Origin: Takakia lepidozioides
Lineage: Eukaryota; Plantae; Bryophyta
Length of the DNA stretch: 64,000 nt
Direction of reading: 5' to 3'
NCBI GenBank assembly: GCA_030704615.1
Contig: CM060733.1
Location: forward strand, 22,568,001-22,632,000
The notes below the pieces were generated by a model. It had not been told where the DNA came from, ran no database searches, and saw only the letters and a program-made list of their open reading frames with translations. Both the position numbers and the translations under genes were made by a program. Below, in pieces: positions 59,551 through 64,000 of this stretch. Position 1 is the first letter of the stretch. The number at the start of each line of letters is the position of its first letter.

Positions 59551-61710
59551 TCCCCACGCCGTGGATCCAATTCCACCTCTGCACCTCGTGGCTCAGGAAC
59601 TCGTGCTGCTCCTCGAGTCACGGCTTGCAGCAGACTCCACCTGCACTAGTGGTAGTGCTGCTCCGCACATGAATCCCATGCCTCCCATATCTCCTCCCTT
59701 AGGACCAGGAGGTGGACCATCCCGCCTGGGAGCCGGTACCACCTGAGCTGTAGCCATGGCAGCGAGCCTCTGCTCTAGCTGCTAAAGCCGGTTGGCCATG
59801 TCTTGGTCAACACCCTGACCTCCGCATCCTTGGCCATGTTGAGCTTGCCCTTGGCCTGCACCTCGTGCCCGACCACCTCGTCCTCTCTGGGCTGGTCCAC
59901 CTTGCCCCCGGCCACCATTGTTCCCTTGGAACTGGCCTGGGCGCAACTCAGGGTGCAAGTTATAAAACTGGGCATCTCCATGCCCATACTTGCCACAATG
60001 CCCACACTGCAACTGTGCAGGCTGTGCTTGTGCCGGCCTTCTGCCACTCTCTGGGCAATCTCTCTTGACATGGGGTCCTCCACATGTCCAACATATCACC
60101 CCTGGTTGGTGTTGGCCTGCAAAAGATGCCACGGGCCTCTGCACCTGAGGTCCCCTGTAAGCTCCATGGAACTTGGGTTGGGCAACCTTGCCCCCCTGAC
60201 CATGTTGTTGGGCAGTCCCTTGTACCTGTTGGCTGGCAGCTGCACCTCGTGCAGGCATGTCCTTGTCAAATCCAATGGTAACAACTCGCTCCTCCACCAT
60301 GTTGAGCTCAATCCGCTCAGCCAGCAGAAACACATCTGCTAATGTGGGTTGGGCTGCTTGTAACAGGGTTGCATCCCGCACCCTTCTCTTGAGCTCCTTG
60401 TCCAAAATTCCATACCAGAACTGGACTGCCTGAGCTTCAGTAACCCCTTGGGTCACACTTATCAAGCGTCTCATACGAGTGTAGGCCTCTCGCAAGCTCT
60501 CACTGGATTTGCGCTGGAAGTCTTACAAACTTCGCAGTTTCTCTGTCCGTACACCTTGGTAGTTCCTCCGCAACTCCTGGAAGAACTCCACCACCGGGTT
60601 GAATCTAGGCACATGTGTTGTAATTGTGGTAGGAGGAGTAGTAGCACCTTTTGAACTGGTACCACCTGCAGAAGTGCCGGCACTACTTGTTCCAAAACTA
60701 GTGCTTGTAGTTGGAGATGTTTGTGTAGCTGCTGGTGTCACCGCTGCCCTTGTGCCTCTAGTGATTGAGACATAGTTAGGTGACCAATACTCTCGCCACT
60801 CCTCAATCTCCACCGCATGTCCCCGCCTAAATTCATGGTAATCATCCATGGGCGGCCCCTCAAGGTGCTGGAATAGCCCCTTCCACGCCATAAAGGGCAT
60901 AAACAGTTGTGGATTGCGCATTTGCTGCAAATCACACCAACTGTCAAACTCTTGTATAAAGTCATCAAGCTCGATGGTGCCCACAGCTCTAGAGTACCTA
61001 CGTGGCCCCTTGGTAGCTCCATACATCTCCTCCATCGTGTCCCACAACAATGGCATGGAAATGACTTGCACCCTCGGCGAGAATCCTCCTGACTCCGAGT
61101 CTGAACCTTCCTCAGAAGACACTGAAGGTGAAAGTGGCCTAAACCGCACACCTTGTCTTGTGTACCCACTAGTATCGCTGGTGCTTGTACCAGCACTCCC
61201 CTCAGCAGCTGGTGGCACCTCCGTGATGAAAACTCACAACCCAACCGGTTGTCAACCTGTCTCTAATCCCCACTTTCTACAAGGTAACCGGGTAAAGAAC
61301 CTGTTGCGGCTACTGGTTCAAGCAGGAATAATAGGTTTCTAATGTAGACCTGTACCTGCACCTGCATCCACCGCAAGCACTCCTATGGTCTGCTGGTCAT
61401 CAACCCAGCCTCGCCATAGAAGAAACACTGGTGGTCTTGCTGGTCATCACTCCAGCCTCACCACCGACAGCATACTCTAGGATTGGCCGGTGATCTAATC
61501 CGGACCAACCTCCTATGAAAACAAGCGCCCACACAAAGCTAACATGGCGCACAATCAAGCATGCAGGTGTGGAGGGGATCCAAACACAAGAAAATCAAGA
61601 CAGCAACTCCCCCACACCAAAAACACTCCACAGTGTCGCTCCTGCAAGGACACCCCAGCCCAAACCCGGACTGACTCTTGCCTCCACCTACGGAAAGGTT
61701 TTGGCCTACA
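59551..61710 (-). mobile_element. Family C retrotransposon copy Q (leader/putative LTR 61343-61710, gag 61218-59560)
   Basis: Paralogous to copy P. CWTCGGPHVKRDC and CGHCGKYGH knuckles. The putative LTR is bounded by TGTAGGCC...GGTCTACA (boundary tentative). Confidence 0.8.
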
Positions 61711-62002
61711 GAGAGGGTGAAAGACTATGGAGAAGAGAAACTAAAGCAATTCCTAACCCCAGAATGCTCTCATCCCACCACTCTCCCTCCTGTCTCTATC
61801 CACTCGCTTGTATGGCCGTGGCAAGTATCCTTCAATATCCCTCAATCAATCCTTCAAGAGCTCTTCAACATTGTCCACCAAAGCTCCTCGAAGGGTCCTC
61901 CAAGGACCCCAAAGATCCTCCAAATACTCCTCCAAGGGCCCTCAAATATCTTCCAAACAATCCTCCAAAGGCCCTTAAATTTCACTAAGTCCTTTCACTG
62001 TT

Positions 62003-62397
62003 GATACCTTAACAGAGGTATAGTCTGAGGTTGCTAGGGTCCCTTATGTTGATGATACCTTTACAGAGGTATAGTCTGAAAATGAGGGTTCTGTTTGGTA
62101 TACTAACAGAGGTATAGTCTGAGCTGATTAGGGTCCACATATGGTGATACCTCAACAGAGGTATAGTAAAAGGGACAAGCTCCTGTTTGGTATACTAACA
62201 GAGGTATAGTCTGAGCTGATTATGGTTCACATATGGTGATACCTCAATAGATGTATAGTAAAATGGACAAGCTCCTGTTTGGTATACTAACAGAGGTATA
62301 GTCTCACATTAGGGTTCACATATGGTGATACCTCAACAGAGGTATAGTCAAAGGGACAAGCTCCTGTTTGGTATACTAACAGAGGTATAGTCTGAGC
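62003..62397. repeat. Dimeric tandem repeat (~92-bp unit of two ~46-bp subunits), 9 ACAGAGGTATAGT cores
   Basis: Cores at ~62012, 62063, 62107, 62156, 62198, 62247, 62290, 62336 and 62379. Confidence 0.88.
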
Positions 62398-64000
62398 ATA
62401 CACTACTAGGGTTTGTAATGAAGAGCTAGAATGCAAGTCCTTGACTTCTATGCTTCTACTCAAGCAAAAATATGGTCTCTAGGTGGTCATAAGAGGCATC
62501 TTCTTGCTCTCTTCCACCCCAATGTGCAACCAAGAGTGGTCCAACTCAACTTGCAAGTCATTGTCCACCAAATCAATCCCCCTTCTAGTCCTTGGGATTT
62601 GATTGCAAACTACCATATCTCCATTGCCGAGCAATCATGCATTTGTCTCCTCATCACTTGACAATTGCTCCAAATCAACACAAATTATCTCAATGTGTAG
62701 GAGCAATGCTTGTCACTTACAATAATGCTCCCAAGCAATCCGCCTTGGATCCCACTCTCATGCCATATGCCTCATTTGGGGTCTTGCACCAATCCATCAT
62801 CCATGTGCTCCCCGTGGTCATTTGAATGCATGTTTCATGACCTCTTGGCCTATGTGTTGCTCTCCTTCATCATAACATGAATCAACACCTCTTCACTTCA
62901 CACACAAATGGATCTCAAAGGCCTTCACCTCTTGCTAGTTCAAGAGCTCATCTTCTCAAACTTGAACTTACAAACTCAAGCGAGCATGCTCCACACATGC
63001 ACCACTTGCTTGGTCAACTATCCACCACAAAGCTCGCACTACCAAGAGCATGAATAGCCAAGTATTGCCTCCCCCTCTTGTCACATTACATAGTTAGGGT
63101 GAAGCTATGCATACATTGAATGATGATTTCCCTTCAAGGATTTCCCACCACATGTTCTCCAAGCCCTTCCAATGGCACCCTAAGCTTGGCTCCACACCAC
63201 CATGATTGGAAGATTTCTTCACATGCTCCATTTCAAAACCTCTTGAGCTTCTTAGGACTCTCCAAGTGCTTGCCCTTGTTGTCTTCAAGCCCAAGCATAT
63301 ATAGCTCCTTGGCTTCTCTTCCACAACATCCACACTTTGAACTTGCTTAACCCTAGCTTGATAGTGAAATGAGCACTAACAAGCCTTTAGTCACTCTCCA
63401 CAAGCCATGGCGCACACCATCGACTCCATAATGCATACAAAGGATTCTCAAACCCTAGAATCCATGCTTCCACACACACAAGACTTCCTCCTTACAATCC
63501 TTGCAAAATCTTGTGACTCAAGAGCTTTCTTCTCAAGCTCTCCAACTCCTTGGTGCATGCAATACTCGAGCACCTTTCCTTGTAACCCCTTGCAAGCTTT
63601 GTGATACAAGAGCTAAATTCTCCTAGCTCTCAACCTCTTTAAAATACAAGTGCAAAACTAATCCTTACACTCAGCACTCACAAGCATAAGGTGATCTTCT
63701 TGTAGTGATAAGAGATGAGAAATGAGAGAAGTAGAAGACAATGAAAGCTCTCAAAGCATGAAGCAATCACATGAAGAACAAGCCCTAGTCCTTCCAAGTG
63801 AAATCCACTCTATCACATAAACTAAGTCAAGCCAATGACACCTTTGCTAAAGGAATCCACCCTACAAAGCCCTCAACACACTCCCTCTCAATACCTAGAG
63901 CTATGGAGGTGAGAGAAGCTCATGGAGGCTCAACTACAAGAAGATGAGCCTCCTCAACACTCACAAGGGGAAAACCTATCTCCATGTCTCAAGTGAGGCT

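Noticed and set aside
56344-61710. Tandem duplication of family C gag
   Set aside because: The two units are clearly diverged, and the junction is better explained as one end of the inversion.
62430-64000. Degenerate CpG-poor coding-like sequence
   Set aside because: No recognisable motif in any frame; probably an old TE remnant, left unannotated.

Overview
Eukaryotic, transposon-saturated land-plant DNA, probably a moss or other bryophyte: a CONSTANS-like B-box pseudogene resembles moss COL proteins. No intact host gene is evident, and there are two 500-N assembly gaps. Family A is an Athila-like non-chromovirus Ty3/Gypsy element, with one full copy (16958-30326, GCTTC TSD) and two partial copies. 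Its copy consensus appears to be a single ~3,500-aa gag-pol-extra ORF. Family B is a TIR DNA transposon (TIR GGGGGYTGCTATTYCATGAGC, MULE/GCM-like transposase N-terminus). It carries a spliced gene fusing a ParB-like domain to a beta-class N4C/N6A DNA methyltransferase-like domain, plus dense arrays of 22-bp palindromes whose core differs between subfamilies. Family C is a gag-protease retrotransposon followed by the start of a DNMT3/DRM-like C5 methyltransferase. A chromovirus integrase-chromodomain-LTR remnant is also present. Reciprocal junctions indicate a ~26-kb inversion (33450-59550). The best candidate for a new system is family B (ParB-MTase plus palindrome arrays), followed by the DNMT-bearing retrotransposon. 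All domain calls are by visual motif recognition; no database search was run.
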